This document shows, piece after piece, positions 37,782 through 47,767 of a stretch of DNA of 64,000 bases. Under the pieces are notes generated by a model. That model worked only from the letters and a program-made list of their open reading frames with translations, was not told where the DNA came from and did no database searches. Position 1 is the stretch's first letter; each line of letters begins with the position of its first letter. The stretch is taken from NCBI GenBank assembly GCA_017610005.1, contig JAFCCU010000002.1, positions 18,118 to 82,117 on the forward strand, written 5' to 3'. Both the position numbers and the translations under genes were made by a program. This DNA is from Candidatus Woesearchaeota archaeon. GTDB lineage: Archaea; Nanobdellota; Nanobdellia; Woesearchaeales; B29-G15.

Positions 37782-40220
37782 TCACATGAGCTCTTCATGC
37801 AACTTAACATCCATCTTAATTTTAAATTCTTCAGAGACAAGTTCCATTGGGTCTCCATAAACAATTCTTAAAGAATTTGTGGTAGTCCTTAGGGTTTCTT
37901 CAAAGTCGGCAAATTGTTTTTGGTACTTTTTCTCAATTGTCAACACATCAATTTGCTTTTTTAAACTTAAATCGCGAATTGATTTAAACTTTCTAATCCT
38001 TGAGATAATATCAACAACTTGGTCTCCATGTTCTTGGACTTTTATTTCCTTTAATTCCTTGTCATAAGTTGGCCAAGAGGTTAAATGAATACTTTCAACA
38101 CTCTCATGATCCTTGAAGAAATAAGAGTATACTTCTTCAGTAATGTGGGGTAAGATCGGTGCCATCAACTTAAGAATTGTCAACATTACTTTATACAGAG
38201 TATACTGTGCAGATCTTCTTTCAGGAGAAGCTTTTTCTTCTGAATAAATCCTGCCCTTAATCATCTCTAGATAATTATCACAAAATGTATGCCAAAAGAA
38301 ATTTTCAACCATTTGTTTTGTCTTTGAAAATTCATAATTTTCAAAAGTAGCTGTACTTTCTTTAACAATATCTTGAAGTTTTGATAAAATCCATTGGTCA
38401 ACTGGATTAAGCACATCTGGTTTTGAAAAATCATAGTCTTCTAAGTGTATTATAGAAAACTTTGATGCATTCCAAAGTTTGTTTAGAAATTTAGTTCCAG
38501 TAACTAAGTCTTTTTCTTGGTAAGGAAGGTCATCTCCTAGTTTACTTGAGGCTGCCCAGAAACGGAGTGCATCAGCTGAATATTCTTTTAATACATCTCC
38601 AGGGGTAACAATGTTCCCTTTTGACTTAGACATTTTCTCTCCTTTTGGATCAAGTACAAATCCATTAATCATTGCATCTTTCCAAGGTAACTTCTTTTTA
38701 TGTAAGTAGGACTTTACAATTGCATTAAACAGCCAAAATGTAATGATGTCGTGCCCGTTGCTTCTAAGGGCGTATGGAAAAATTTTATCAAAATATGCCT
38801 CGTCTTCATGCCATTTTGCTGGCAAAAATGGAGTTAATGAACTTGTTGCCCAAGTATCTAAAATATCTTTTTCAGGAACAAATTCAGTGCATTTACATTT
38901 TGGACATTCTTTAACTGGTGGAGAATCAACAAGAGGGTCAACTGGCAATTGTTCTGGGGTAGCAACAATTTCAGTACCACATTCTTTACAATACCATACT
39001 GGAATTGGTACTCCGAAGTACCTTTGCCTAGAAATGCACCAGTCCCATTTTAATCCCTTTACCCAGTTGTCGTATCTAACTTTCATATGTGCAGGATACC
39101 AGTTTAATTTTTCACCTAGTTCTAAGAATTTTTCTTTTAAGTCTAAATATTTTATAAACCACTGTTTTGATACGATAAATTCAACTTCTGTACCACATCT
39201 TTCATGTACATTTACAAAATGGCTAATTGGTTTTTGATCTTTAAGTAAGGCCTTTGCTTCCATATCTTTTAAAATCTCTAATCTGGCTTCTTTCATTGAT
39301 AAGCCTTCATATTTGCCTGCAAGAGAGTTCATCTTGCCCCCTTCTGTAATGCAAATTCGAAGCGGCAGATTATGTTGTTTATACCATTCAATATCAGCTT
39401 GGTCCCCAAATGTGCAACACATAACAATTCCTGTGCCTTTTTCCATATCTACAGTATTATCCGCCAAGATCGGAACTTTGTGTTCAAATACTGGCACTTT
39501 TGCTTCTTTTCCTTCTAAATGCTTATATCTTTCATCATCGGGGTGATAAAAGAGTGCAACACAGGCAGGTAATAATTCTGGTCTTGTTGTTGCAATAATC
39601 AAATTACTTGATCCCACTTTAAACACAATATTATTAAACGTTGATGCAAATTGTTTATCTTTAAGTTCTACTTGGGCTATGGCTGTATGACATTCAGGAC
39701 ACCAGATAATTGGTGATTCTTTGCGGTATTCACGCCCTTGTTTGTAAATATCAAGAAAAGATAATTGAGACATCTTTTGAACTGGTTTGTCAATTGTATG
39801 GTAAATTGTATCTGTATCCGGAGAAATTCCTAGCGCTAAAAACTGTGATAACATTTTTTCTTCGGTTTCTTTTGTTGTTTCAAGGCATAATTTTACAAAG
39901 TCCTCGCGTTTCATTTCAGTTGCTTTTTTACCAGTTTTTCTCTCGACAAACCGTTCAGTTGCAAGCCCATTATCATCAAAACCCCAAGGATAAAACACTT
40001 CAAAATCATTCATTCGCTTAAATCGCATTACAAAGTCTGCTTGAGAATAGGCCATAGCATGCCCAATATGCATAGATCCAGAGACTGTTGGGGGAGGAGT
40101 ATCTAGGGCAAATACAGTTTTTTTAGTATCTTCATTAAACTTGTAAATGCCTTTATCTTTCCACTCTTTTTGTAACTTCTTTTCAACATCCTTTGGTTCG
40201 TATCTTCTGGGCAGTTCCAT
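37782..40220 (-). CDS. valS: Valyl-tRNA synthetase
   Basis: Class I aaRS with TPPPTVSGSMHIGHA (HIGH), KMSKSKGN, and FDDNGLATE. ATG at 40220 (MELPRRYEP...); the ORF-track TTG at 40280 extends through repeat sequence. Confidence 0.8.
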   Translation of the reverse strand: MELPRRYEPKDVEKKLQKEWKDKGIYKFNEDTKKTVFALDTPPPTVSGSMHIGHAMAYSQADFVMRFKRMNDFEVFYPWGFDDNGLATERFVERKTGKKATEMKREDFVKLCLETTKETEEKMLSQFLALGISPDTDTIYHTIDKPVQKMSQLSFLDIYKQGREYRKESPIIWCPECHTAIAQVELKDKQFASTFNNIVFKVGSSNLIIATTRPELLPACVALFYHPDDERYKHLEGKEAKVPVFEHKVPILADNTVDMEKGTGIVMCCTFGDQADIEWYKQHNLPLRICITEGGKMNSLAGKYEGLSMKEARLEILKDMEAKALLKDQKPISHFVNVHERCGTEVEFIVSKQWFIKYLDLKEKFLELGEKLNWYPAHMKVRYDNWVKGLKWDWCISRQRYFGVPIPVWYCKECGTEIVATPEQLPVDPLVDSPPVKECPKCKCTEFVPEKDILDTWATSSLTPFLPAKWHEDEAYFDKIFPYALRSNGHDIITFWLFNAIVKSYLHKKKLPWKDAMINGFVLDPKGEKMSKSKGNIVTPGDVLKEYSADALRFWAASSKLGDDLPYQEKDLVTGTKFLNKLWNASKFSIIHLEDYDFSKPDVLNPVDQWILSKLQDIVKESTATFENYEFSKTKQMVENFFWHTFCDNYLEMIKGRIYSEEKASPERRSAQYTLYKVMLTILKLMAPILPHITEEVYSYFFKDHESVESIHLTSWPTYDKELKEIKVQEHGDQVVDIISRIRKFKSIRDLSLKKQIDVLTIEKKYQKQFADFEETLRTTTNSLRIVYGDPMELVSEEFKIKMDVKLHEELM

Positions 40221-40297
40221 TTTAGAATATCTCTCTCTATTAAATTGATTTATATAGAAGAATAAGGTAGTCAGAATCAATTTATAAGGTTTGCCAT

Positions 40298-40415
40298 ATC
40301 AGTCTGGAGTTAGAAGATTGAAGTTTGAAGTTTGAAGTTTGAAGTTTGAAGTGAAAAAAGAAGTTCAAACCACAAAACTCACACCTCAAATCTCATATCA
40401 GTCTGAAGACTGAAC
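40298..40415. repeat. Octamer/heptamer repeat element in the divergent valS / ABCE1 intergenic region
   Basis: atcagtctggagttagaagattgaag then (gaagttt) x4 then ...atcagtctgaagactgaac, which ends in the hairpin cagtc-tgaa-gactg. Confidence 0.8.
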
Positions 40416-40460
40416 TATTTGCCCAAAAGATTAATAAAAGCGCTGGCAAAAATAGTCCTT

Positions 40461-42218
40461 ATGTCACGAATTGCAATTGTTGAGCGTAAGAAGTGTAATC
40501 CTACTAATTGTGGGAATTTTCTTTGCCAAAGAGTCTGCCCAGTTAACCGTAAGGGAGATGAATGTGTATTTGAAGCAGAAGGGAAGGTAGGAATTGATGA
40601 AAGTCTTTGTATTGGGTGTGGAATTTGCGTCAAAAAATGCCCATTTGAGGCTATTCAGATCATTAATCTACCTGCACAGCTTGATAAGCCACCAATTCAT
40701 TGCTATGGCAAGAATGGATTTCACTTATTTAACCTGCCAATGCCAATTTTTGGAAAAGTTGTGGGAATTATTGGGAAAAATGGGATTGGAAAGACAACTG
40801 CAATTAATATTTTATCTGGGCTTCTCAGTCCCAATCTTGGTGTGCCTAGAAAGAAAGCAAAATTAGCTGAACTTATTGAATATTTTAAGGGAACTGAACT
40901 TCATAATTACTTTGAAAAATTAAATGCTGGAGAAATAAATGTTGCAGTAAAACCTCAACAAGTATCAATGCTTCCAAAACACTTCAAGGGAAGCGTAAAA
41001 GAATTATTAATTGAGATGGATGAGAAAAAGCAACTTAATGAAATTGCTAAGACCCTTGAATTAGAGAATATTTTTGATAGAAAACTTGATCAAATTTCTG
41101 GTGGAGAATTACAAAGAGTTGCAATTGCTGCTTGTGTTTTACGTAAAGCAAATGTTTACTTTTTTGATGAACCAACTTCTTATTTAGATATTAAACAAAG
41201 AATTAAGGTTAGTAAATTTATTAGAAATTTAGCAGATGAAAATACTGCGGTAGTTGTGATTGAACATGATTTAATTATTCTAGATTATATGACTGACCAA
41301 ATTCACATAACTTTTGGTGCGCCTTCAGCTTATGGTGTTGTGTCAAGTATTGCGGCCACAAAAGAAGGGATTAATGAATACTTGGCAGGCTTTTTAAGAA
41401 AAGAAAATATGAGATTTAGGGCCAATACAATCTCTTTTGATGATAAACCTCCAGTAAAAACTATTCAAGGAGATTTGTTAGTTTCTTGGGATAATTTATC
41501 TAAGACTCTCGGAAGTTTTAAATTTAGGGCATCCCCTGGAGGACTTTCAAGAAAACATGTCATTGGAGTTTTAGGAGAAAATGGAATCGGCAAATCCACT
41601 TTTATGAAAATTTTAGCTGGAGAATTAAAAGTTGATTCTGGCAAGGTTTCAGATAAGGTTTCTTTAGCATATAAACCCCAATATATTGATACTGATTCAG
41701 ATATGATTGTAAGAGAATATCTTAAAGAAGTAATTGCAAAATTTTCAACCGAACTTGTTGCACCATTAAAACTTGAGAAATTGTTTAATGAACCATTAAA
41801 GCAGCTTTCAGGAGGAGAATTACAAAAAGTAATGATTGCAAAAACCCTTGGTCAAGAAGCTGTTAATCTATTCTTATTAGATGAGCCATCTGCCTACCTT
41901 GATGTTGAACAAAGGTTAATTACTTCAAAAGTCATTTCAAAGCTTATTCATAACAGCGGCAAAACTGCATTAATAATTGATCACGATTTATTATTCATGG
42001 ATTATTTGTCTGAAGATTTAATCGTATTTGAAGGTGAACCTGCAAAGCGAGGTCAACTTGAAGGCCCATTTGAAATGGAAAAAGGCATGAATAAATTTCT
42101 AACAGACTTAAACCTTTCAATGAGGCGTGATCAAGAAAGCAAACGCCCAAGAGTTAACAAACTAAACTCTCGACTAGACAGAGAACAAAAAGGAAAAAAG
42201 AAGTTATATTATAGTTGA
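40461..42218 (+). CDS. abcE1: ABCE1 / RNase L inhibitor homolog (ribosome recycling factor; 2 x 4Fe-4S plus two ABC ATPase domains)
   Basis: ATG at 40461 (MSRIAIVERKKCNPTNCG...). Fe-S clusters CNPTNCGNFLCQRVCPVN and CIGCGICVKKCP. Two Walker A sites (GKNGIGKTT; GENGIGKST) and two ABC signatures (LSGGELQ). Confidence 0.9.
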   Translation: MSRIAIVERKKCNPTNCGNFLCQRVCPVNRKGDECVFEAEGKVGIDESLCIGCGICVKKCPFEAIQIINLPAQLDKPPIHCYGKNGFHLFNLPMPIFGKVVGIIGKNGIGKTTAINILSGLLSPNLGVPRKKAKLAELIEYFKGTELHNYFEKLNAGEINVAVKPQQVSMLPKHFKGSVKELLIEMDEKKQLNEIAKTLELENIFDRKLDQISGGELQRVAIAACVLRKANVYFFDEPTSYLDIKQRIKVSKFIRNLADENTAVVVIEHDLIILDYMTDQIHITFGAPSAYGVVSSIAATKEGINEYLAGFLRKENMRFRANTISFDDKPPVKTIQGDLLVSWDNLSKTLGSFKFRASPGGLSRKHVIGVLGENGIGKSTFMKILAGELKVDSGKVSDKVSLAYKPQYIDTDSDMIVREYLKEVIAKFSTELVAPLKLEKLFNEPLKQLSGGELQKVMIAKTLGQEAVNLFLLDEPSAYLDVEQRLITSKVISKLIHNSGKTALIIDHDLLFMDYLSEDLIVFEGEPAKRGQLEGPFEMEKGMNKFLTDLNLSMRRDQESKRPRVNKLNSRLDREQKGKKKLYYS

Positions 42219-43978
42219 CCTTGCCCAATCATATAAGCCAGATTTCTTGGTTGGTTCATTAAAGAACTAGGCATTACTAAACTTCCATCTGGCTTAATAG
42301 TTTGGTAAATTAAGGCCCTTCCAAGTGGGAAGTGTGAAGTTGCCTGTTCAATCATGTTTTTTCTTGACATATCAATTGTTGCATCTCTAAAGGTTCTCCA
42401 ACCTTCAAGGTCACCAGTGGCCTTATAATCGCCTAGTCTTCCCAATAATTTTGGAATTTCTCTTCTCATAACCTGGAGGTCAACTTTGTAAGTTGGTGTT
42501 CCTGCGTGGCTAGTATCCTCAACAAATCCTCCTGTTTCAAGGAAATAGTGGAAGATTATATTTCTAGCACCGCTATGATCTAAAGGAGGAAATCTTAAGG
42601 AGCTAATTCCTGAAAGTAACATATCATAGTAACCTGCTAGTTCATGTTCTTTTGTTATAGCTCCTGCTTCAACTAATTGTGGTAAGGCCCACATTCCAAA
42701 GACCTCTGCTCTTGCTTCTTCAAGCACCGAATATTCTTTACCAAAGACCTTTCGGGGCATTTGAATAACACTGCCACCTAGTGCGTGACCTACTTCGTGT
42801 TCAGCGGTGTGGATATCTCCCACATAGGCCATCAAAGGTAAAATATCATTTAATAGCGCCGCATCAAAGAACAACTCACCCCATCTTCTATTTCCTCCCT
42901 CCCCAATTGCCGCTGAAACATTAATTGGAAGCACAATTATTGTACCATACTTTTCTCTAAATTCTTGTTCATCAGGTAAATTTTGGCCTGCAATTACTGA
43001 TGGCCAACAATTTGAGAAACCTGACCAGTTTACTGCATCTACAATTTTTAATACAGGCAAGACCTTGCCATCAATTGATTCTTTATGTTTCCATGGCGCA
43101 GTTTCAACTTGCATACTTACAAGATCAAGAATTTGAACTTCAAGATCCCTAAACTTTGGATTACTAACATAGAGTACTCCCTGTGCGGCCCCAAGTGCTC
43201 CATGAACTTTATCTAAGTAAGTTTCTCTTCCTGTTTCAATGATAAAATCAACTGGTTGAGTTTTATTGCCAAGCCAAATTCTATCTGTTTCAAATCTGCC
43301 TGGTTTTGAATCAGATTGTAATGATACTATCTTGGCCGCAAGGTAAGCTTTTAACTCAGGGTTTTTAGTTATCCCCATTGCTTTTCTCATATGGCCAAGC
43401 ACAACTTCTAGTTCTGGACCAAATCTCTCATAATTTGGAACAATTGCAGGAGTTCCATCCTCTCCCCGGACAACAGTGGAAGCTAAAGCATCCCCTAATT
43501 CAAGTTTCTTCCTCTCTTCTAGGGGCATATCTGCTGGATATAAACCAGAACCTTCAACAAACTTGGCATTTCCCCAAAGAACATCTGCAAATTCCATAAT
43601 AGGATCATCTTTAGGAATATCTCCCCATCCTACTGGAAAAACATAACTCATTTGAAAGCTATCAAATATTGTTGAACTTGCAGTTAATCTGTTTAAAAAA
43701 TGAGTAATTGCTTCAGGATTTTGGGCCCTGTCTCGGTAATCAATAACTGCTTTTACCAAAGGAATCACTTTTTCATCTTGCTGCTTGGCATAAATTGGCT
43801 GCAATGCATCAACAGCCAGAGAAAGTTCATGAATTAAGGCTGTTTGATCTGGAGTAAATCCTGACAAATCAACTTCTACAGGAATAATTTCTCCTGATTT
43901 TCTTGCCCCATCTGATCTTAGGTATTCAATAGTATTTAATTGTGTACTTACTTGTCCACCTGGTGGAAAATCATTCAT
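42209..43978 (-). CDS. Zn metallopeptidase, DPP III (M49)-like HExxH ... EExRAE motifs, paralog 1
   Basis: HEVGHALGG ... EEARAE. ATG at 43978 is preceded by AGGAGG 6 nt upstream; the ORF-track GTG at 44008 sits inside the conserved leader. Convergent 10-nt overlap with the abcE1 3' end. Confidence 0.55.
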   Translation of the reverse strand: MNDFPPGGQVSTQLNTIEYLRSDGARKSGEIIPVEVDLSGFTPDQTALIHELSLAVDALQPIYAKQQDEKVIPLVKAVIDYRDRAQNPEAITHFLNRLTASSTIFDSFQMSYVFPVGWGDIPKDDPIMEFADVLWGNAKFVEGSGLYPADMPLEERKKLELGDALASTVVRGEDGTPAIVPNYERFGPELEVVLGHMRKAMGITKNPELKAYLAAKIVSLQSDSKPGRFETDRIWLGNKTQPVDFIIETGRETYLDKVHGALGAAQGVLYVSNPKFRDLEVQILDLVSMQVETAPWKHKESIDGKVLPVLKIVDAVNWSGFSNCWPSVIAGQNLPDEQEFREKYGTIIVLPINVSAAIGEGGNRRWGELFFDAALLNDILPLMAYVGDIHTAEHEVGHALGGSVIQMPRKVFGKEYSVLEEARAEVFGMWALPQLVEAGAITKEHELAGYYDMLLSGISSLRFPPLDHSGARNIIFHYFLETGGFVEDTSHAGTPTYKVDLQVMRREIPKLLGRLGDYKATGDLEGWRTFRDATIDMSRKNMIEQATSHFPLGRALIYQTIKPDGSLVMPSSLMNQPRNLAYMIGQGQL

Positions 43979-43980
43979 TT

Positions 43981-44160
43981 TTATCCTCCTAAAAAATATA
44001 TATCTCACAGAATCGCAAGGTCTTCACCTCTTAAAAATTAGAATGAAGCTTGATTAATAAACTTTTGTATAAAGGAGTATATAACAAGGCCAAAACCCAC
44101 AATCATTATAACAATTAAACCTCAATATATTGGTTTATGCTGAGGATATCTTAGCAAAAT
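43981..44160. repeat. Conserved upstream block, copy 1 (shared with 46098..46262)
   Basis: ttatcctcct...cacagaatcgcaaggtcttcacctcttaaaaattagaatgaagcttgattaataaac...ggccaaaac...aaacctc is ~85-90% identical to the block upstream of the paralogous peptidase. Confidence 0.8.
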
Positions 44161-44226
44161 TTCTAACAGCGCTTGACCCCTCAATGAGATCAAGAGTTAA
44201 CTCGCGACTAGAGAACAAAAAGGAAG

Positions 44227-46095
44227 TTATAGTTGACCATTTTGAATCATGGCCGGAATAGTTCTCTTTTGATCCATATACTCTTTTGGCCATGATACCT
44301 CATAAGATGTTCTCCCCGAACCAGCAATTTCTCCCACTTTGATTTGTGGGAAGACCAACAATCTTCCAAGGGGTCTGTCTGAAGTAGTCTTTCTAACCCA
44401 ATGAGCCCTTTTCATGCTAATATACTTGTCAAGATGGGCTTCAGTGGATTCATAGTCTCCAACCGCTTTCCAATCAGTTAACTTACCAAGCAGTTCTGCA
44501 GTTGTAGCTTCCCATTTTTCAATATCAATTGTGAATTTCTGAGAAACACTTTCTCCTGGCCTTGCATGTGCCCTTGTGTGATGGGACACAATTGCTCCTT
44601 TTTCAAGGAAATAGTGGAAGCACATGTTGGCTGCTCCAGAATGATCTTCTGCAGGGAACATTAATGAAAATGCCCAACCTATTAACTCGTTATAATATCC
44701 TGCAATCTTTTGTTCTTCCGTAATTACTCCCATTTCAACTAGATCTGGGAGAGTCCAGGAGGCAAAAAGATTGGCTCTTGCCTCTTCAAATTCAGAGAAT
44801 CTTGCATCATGTTCTCCAAAGTAATCATCAGGAGATTTTGGAAGATCATAGCCTCCTGTGGTGTGCCCAAGTTCGTGTTGGCCCATGTGTAGCTGCGACA
44901 TAAATCCAAACAGTGAGACATATTGGTGAGCTTCAGGCATTAAGAATTGATCTGCAAGTTCTGTTCCAACAGTCAATTGAACTGCCCTGTGAATATTAGA
45001 GAATATCACATTGACTGTTCCATATTTTTCTGCAACTTTCTTGTCATTTGGTAAGGATTCTGCAGCAGTTATAAACGGGAAATGGTCGTAGTTTCCAGTC
45101 CAAGATAAAACCTCGAGGAATTTTATAATTGGGACATTTTCAAGCGTTGCTTCATCCTTCTTATGATCCCAAGGAGCATTTTTCTCCCAATAAGTCATCC
45201 TTGCCTTAAGTTTTTCGATTAATGGATCAAATTCATGATTTACAAGACCAACCACTCCTTGAGCCATTCCTCTAATTCTAGCTATTCCATCAGAATATTT
45301 TTCAATACCAGTGCCAATAATAAAATCAAGATCACTTTTACTACCAATCCAAGCAACTTCACTTGCAGTTAAACTCTCTTTTGATCCAACTTGAAATTGA
45401 TTAATTGTTGCATCAAGATATGCCTCTAAGGTTGGTTCCTGAGTTAACTCTTTAGCCCGTTGTAAGGAGCTAATAATTGGTCTTAATTCTATTGCAAATC
45501 TTTCTTCATTTAAGGGGGCTATGTACCCTTCAGAAGTTTTAACAACTGTTGAATTAACTGCATCCCAGTTTTTAAGCCGTTTAATTTGTTCAAGAGGTAA
45601 TTCATCAGCAACAAGTCCTCTTGCTTTTGGGGGATCGGTGTGATCCCAAAGAGGGAGATCTCCTTCTAAAAATCCTTCAGGGATTCTATCTCTAGGGATA
45701 GGGAAAGGCAATGACCAGTGAAAAGCATCCCAAGGCGTATTTGATGCACTAATAAGTCTTGCATAATCTGTAACTTTTGCTTTGTCTTCTTCATCTTCTA
45801 AGGAATCTCTAACCTGGATCAATTCTCTTTGAAAATCAATCATTCTAGGATCTTCCTGGATTGCATAAATCGGATTAATTGAATCAACCCCTTCAGCTAT
45901 AGCTAAAGCAGTTTGCATTTGTGAGGGGGGGGTGGCTCTTAAAACACTTTCATCAATATCAATAGGAATGATCCAATGATCTCTTGTTTCAGTTACCTTT
46001 CCATTTGTTCTAGTATAAGGAACCCTTTTTAGTTCTGGCTTTTCTCCTACTTCCCTAACAATTGTACCTGTTTTTCCAACATTACTTGCTCCCAT
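44227..46095 (-). CDS. Zn metallopeptidase, DPP III (M49)-like HExxH ... EExRAE motifs, paralog 2
   Basis: HELGHTTGG ... EEARAN. AGGAGGATAAG then ATG. ~30-35% aa identity to paralog 1, judged by eye. Confidence 0.55.
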   Translation of the reverse strand: MGASNVGKTGTIVREVGEKPELKRVPYTRTNGKVTETRDHWIIPIDIDESVLRATPPSQMQTALAIAEGVDSINPIYAIQEDPRMIDFQRELIQVRDSLEDEEDKAKVTDYARLISASNTPWDAFHWSLPFPIPRDRIPEGFLEGDLPLWDHTDPPKARGLVADELPLEQIKRLKNWDAVNSTVVKTSEGYIAPLNEERFAIELRPIISSLQRAKELTQEPTLEAYLDATINQFQVGSKESLTASEVAWIGSKSDLDFIIGTGIEKYSDGIARIRGMAQGVVGLVNHEFDPLIEKLKARMTYWEKNAPWDHKKDEATLENVPIIKFLEVLSWTGNYDHFPFITAAESLPNDKKVAEKYGTVNVIFSNIHRAVQLTVGTELADQFLMPEAHQYVSLFGFMSQLHMGQHELGHTTGGYDLPKSPDDYFGEHDARFSEFEEARANLFASWTLPDLVEMGVITEEQKIAGYYNELIGWAFSLMFPAEDHSGAANMCFHYFLEKGAIVSHHTRAHARPGESVSQKFTIDIEKWEATTAELLGKLTDWKAVGDYESTEAHLDKYISMKRAHWVRKTTSDRPLGRLLVFPQIKVGEIAGSGRTSYEVSWPKEYMDQKRTIPAMIQNGQL

Positions 46096-46097
46096 CT

Positions 46098-46262
46098 TAT
46101 CCTCCTATAAAAATAATAATTACCCCACAGAATCGCAAGGTCTTCACCTCTTAAAAATTAGAATGAAGCTTGATTAATAAACCTTTGTGTAAAGAAGTAA
46201 ATAAGGAGGCCAAAACTTACAATTATCACAACAATCAAACCTCCAATAAAAACAGAACTCTC
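46098..46262. repeat. Conserved upstream block, copy 2 (overlaps the 3' coding end of the 46158..46571 gene)
   Basis: See 43981..44160. Here the block also encodes the C-terminal TM anchor ...GLLIYFFTQRFINQASF of the neighbouring small secreted protein. In copy 1 this coding frame is broken by a 2-nt deletion. Confidence 0.8.
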
Positions 46263-46571
46263 CTTACCACTAACCTTCACTGGCACAATAATCTCACTAT
46301 TATTCTCCTTGATAATAACCTCATGCTCACCAGGTGGCAACTCAAAGGTTACCTTCGTCCAATCGTTAACAGTCTGAAGTTGAAAGTCTGAAGTTGAAAG
46401 TAACTTTAGACTTCGGACTTCGGACTTCTGACTTATTTGGGCTGTCCACACCTCAAACCCCTCTCCCCTAACCCGCAAAACAACTTCTCCATCAGTCTCA
46501 ATACTAGCTGGTGACACTGCAATTCCCTGGGCCAATGGAATTAATAATAAAAAAAGAATTAGATATTTCAT
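46158..46571 (-). CDS. Small secreted protein with a C-terminal TM anchor (137 aa)
   Basis: Signal MKYLILFLLLIPLAQG and a C-terminal hydrophobic helix. Translationally coupled to the upstream LTD protein (4-nt overlap). It contains an in-frame octamer-repeat palindrome at 46369-46435. Confidence 0.6.
   Translation of the reverse strand: MKYLILFLLLIPLAQGIAVSPASIETDGEVVLRVRGEGFEVWTAQISQKSEVRSLKLLSTSDFQLQTVNDWTKVTFELPPGEHEVIIKENNSEIIVPVKVSGKESSVFIGGLIVVIIVSFGLLIYFFTQRFINQASF
46369..46435. repeat. Octamer repeat family element, imperfect palindrome, in-frame inside a CDS
   Basis: cagtctgaagttgaaagtctgaagttgaaagtaactttagacttcggacttcggacttctgac. It encodes ...ISQKSEVRSLKLLSTSDFQLQTV... on the minus strand. 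Confidence 0.8.
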
Positions 46572-47605
46572 TTTGAAGCAGAGACCACAATTTCTCCAAA
46601 ATGTTTTCCTTCATTAATCCCTGGAGGGCTTTCAAATTGAAAGCTAACTGCCATCACTGTATTTACAAATAGTTCAAATTGAAAAGGCAATGTAAAAAAC
46701 TCATCCCCTAATGAAACTGAAATGTAATCACTTGTAATTGGACCAATTCCTGTACTTGAAAATTTTATATTGCATGGGACATTCCCAATGTTTTTTATTG
46801 TGGGGTGATTGATTGTATCAATGTCCGTGTCTCCAATAACGAGGAAGTTTTCAACAATTAGATTGTTTGTGTCCATAATAAAACCAAGAACTTCCATAAC
46901 AGTAAAATCAAAATTTTCAGTTGTACATTCTTGATTATTACAAATAATCACCATTAAATTATGAAGCCCTGGAATCATTGTTAAAGGAATATTTAAACTA
47001 ATAATCTCCACTCCATCCAGCAAAATTTGTGAAGAGGTAACCCCTCCTTGTACAATTAAATTAATCTCTTTTTCGCCAGGCAATACTTGGACTCCAGTAA
47101 TTTCAGATGCGTCATCAATAATAGAAAATTCAATTATGCTTGGAGCAGAACTTTCAACAGTTAATTCAACATTAATAATGTGAGAATTTTTGTAAGATCC
47201 ATCTGGGGTTGCAACTCCACAACCAGTTTCATAATAACTTTCTCCTTCGGTGCAGTCTCCAGGATAGGAAAGTTCAGCAACTATCCCTCCCTCAGAAAAT
47301 AATTTAACATAACCTCCTAAATTATTAAGAGTCATATCTTCTTCATAATCAGCTCCATTATTATAACCTTCATCAGCAATTAAGATTGTTCCAGAAAATG
47401 TAAAACCTAAAGGAAAAGTAACATCTCTTTCAGAGCTGGTTGTATTTAACCAAAACCCAGAGATATCAACTTCTGTTTTAGAATACAGTTCTACATACTC
47501 TGATTCATATTCAGATCCAATTGGATTGTAATGGATCTCATTTATAGTTATTGCATTTGCACTGCTAATGCAAATTAAGATTAAAAAGAGGGTTATTTGT
47601 TTCAT
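46568..47605 (-). CDS. Secreted lamin-tail-domain (LTD) protein
   Basis: Signal MKQITLFLILICISSANA followed by ITINEIHYNPIGSEYESEYVELYS, the characteristic LTD opening (INEIxYNP...E-hydrophobic-ELYN). Confidence 0.6.
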   Translation of the reverse strand: MKQITLFLILICISSANAITINEIHYNPIGSEYESEYVELYSKTEVDISGFWLNTTSSERDVTFPLGFTFSGTILIADEGYNNGADYEEDMTLNNLGGYVKLFSEGGIVAELSYPGDCTEGESYYETGCGVATPDGSYKNSHIINVELTVESSAPSIIEFSIIDDASEITGVQVLPGEKEINLIVQGGVTSSQILLDGVEIISLNIPLTMIPGLHNLMVIICNNQECTTENFDFTVMEVLGFIMDTNNLIVENFLVIGDTDIDTINHPTIKNIGNVPCNIKFSSTGIGPITSDYISVSLGDEFFTLPFQFELFVNTVMAVSFQFESPPGINEGKHFGEIVVSASK

Positions 47606-47767
47606 CTTTATTAGCCTTCCATTACCTTAAAAATAACTTACTACAAATTTTCCGGAAGATTTTCAAAGCAACTGCTAAAAATATATTTTTAATAGTAACC
47701 CTATTTTTTTAATAGCATTTAAATACCCTCCCCTGGTTTTTTAATATCTCTTAGAGGTGTGGAAAAA

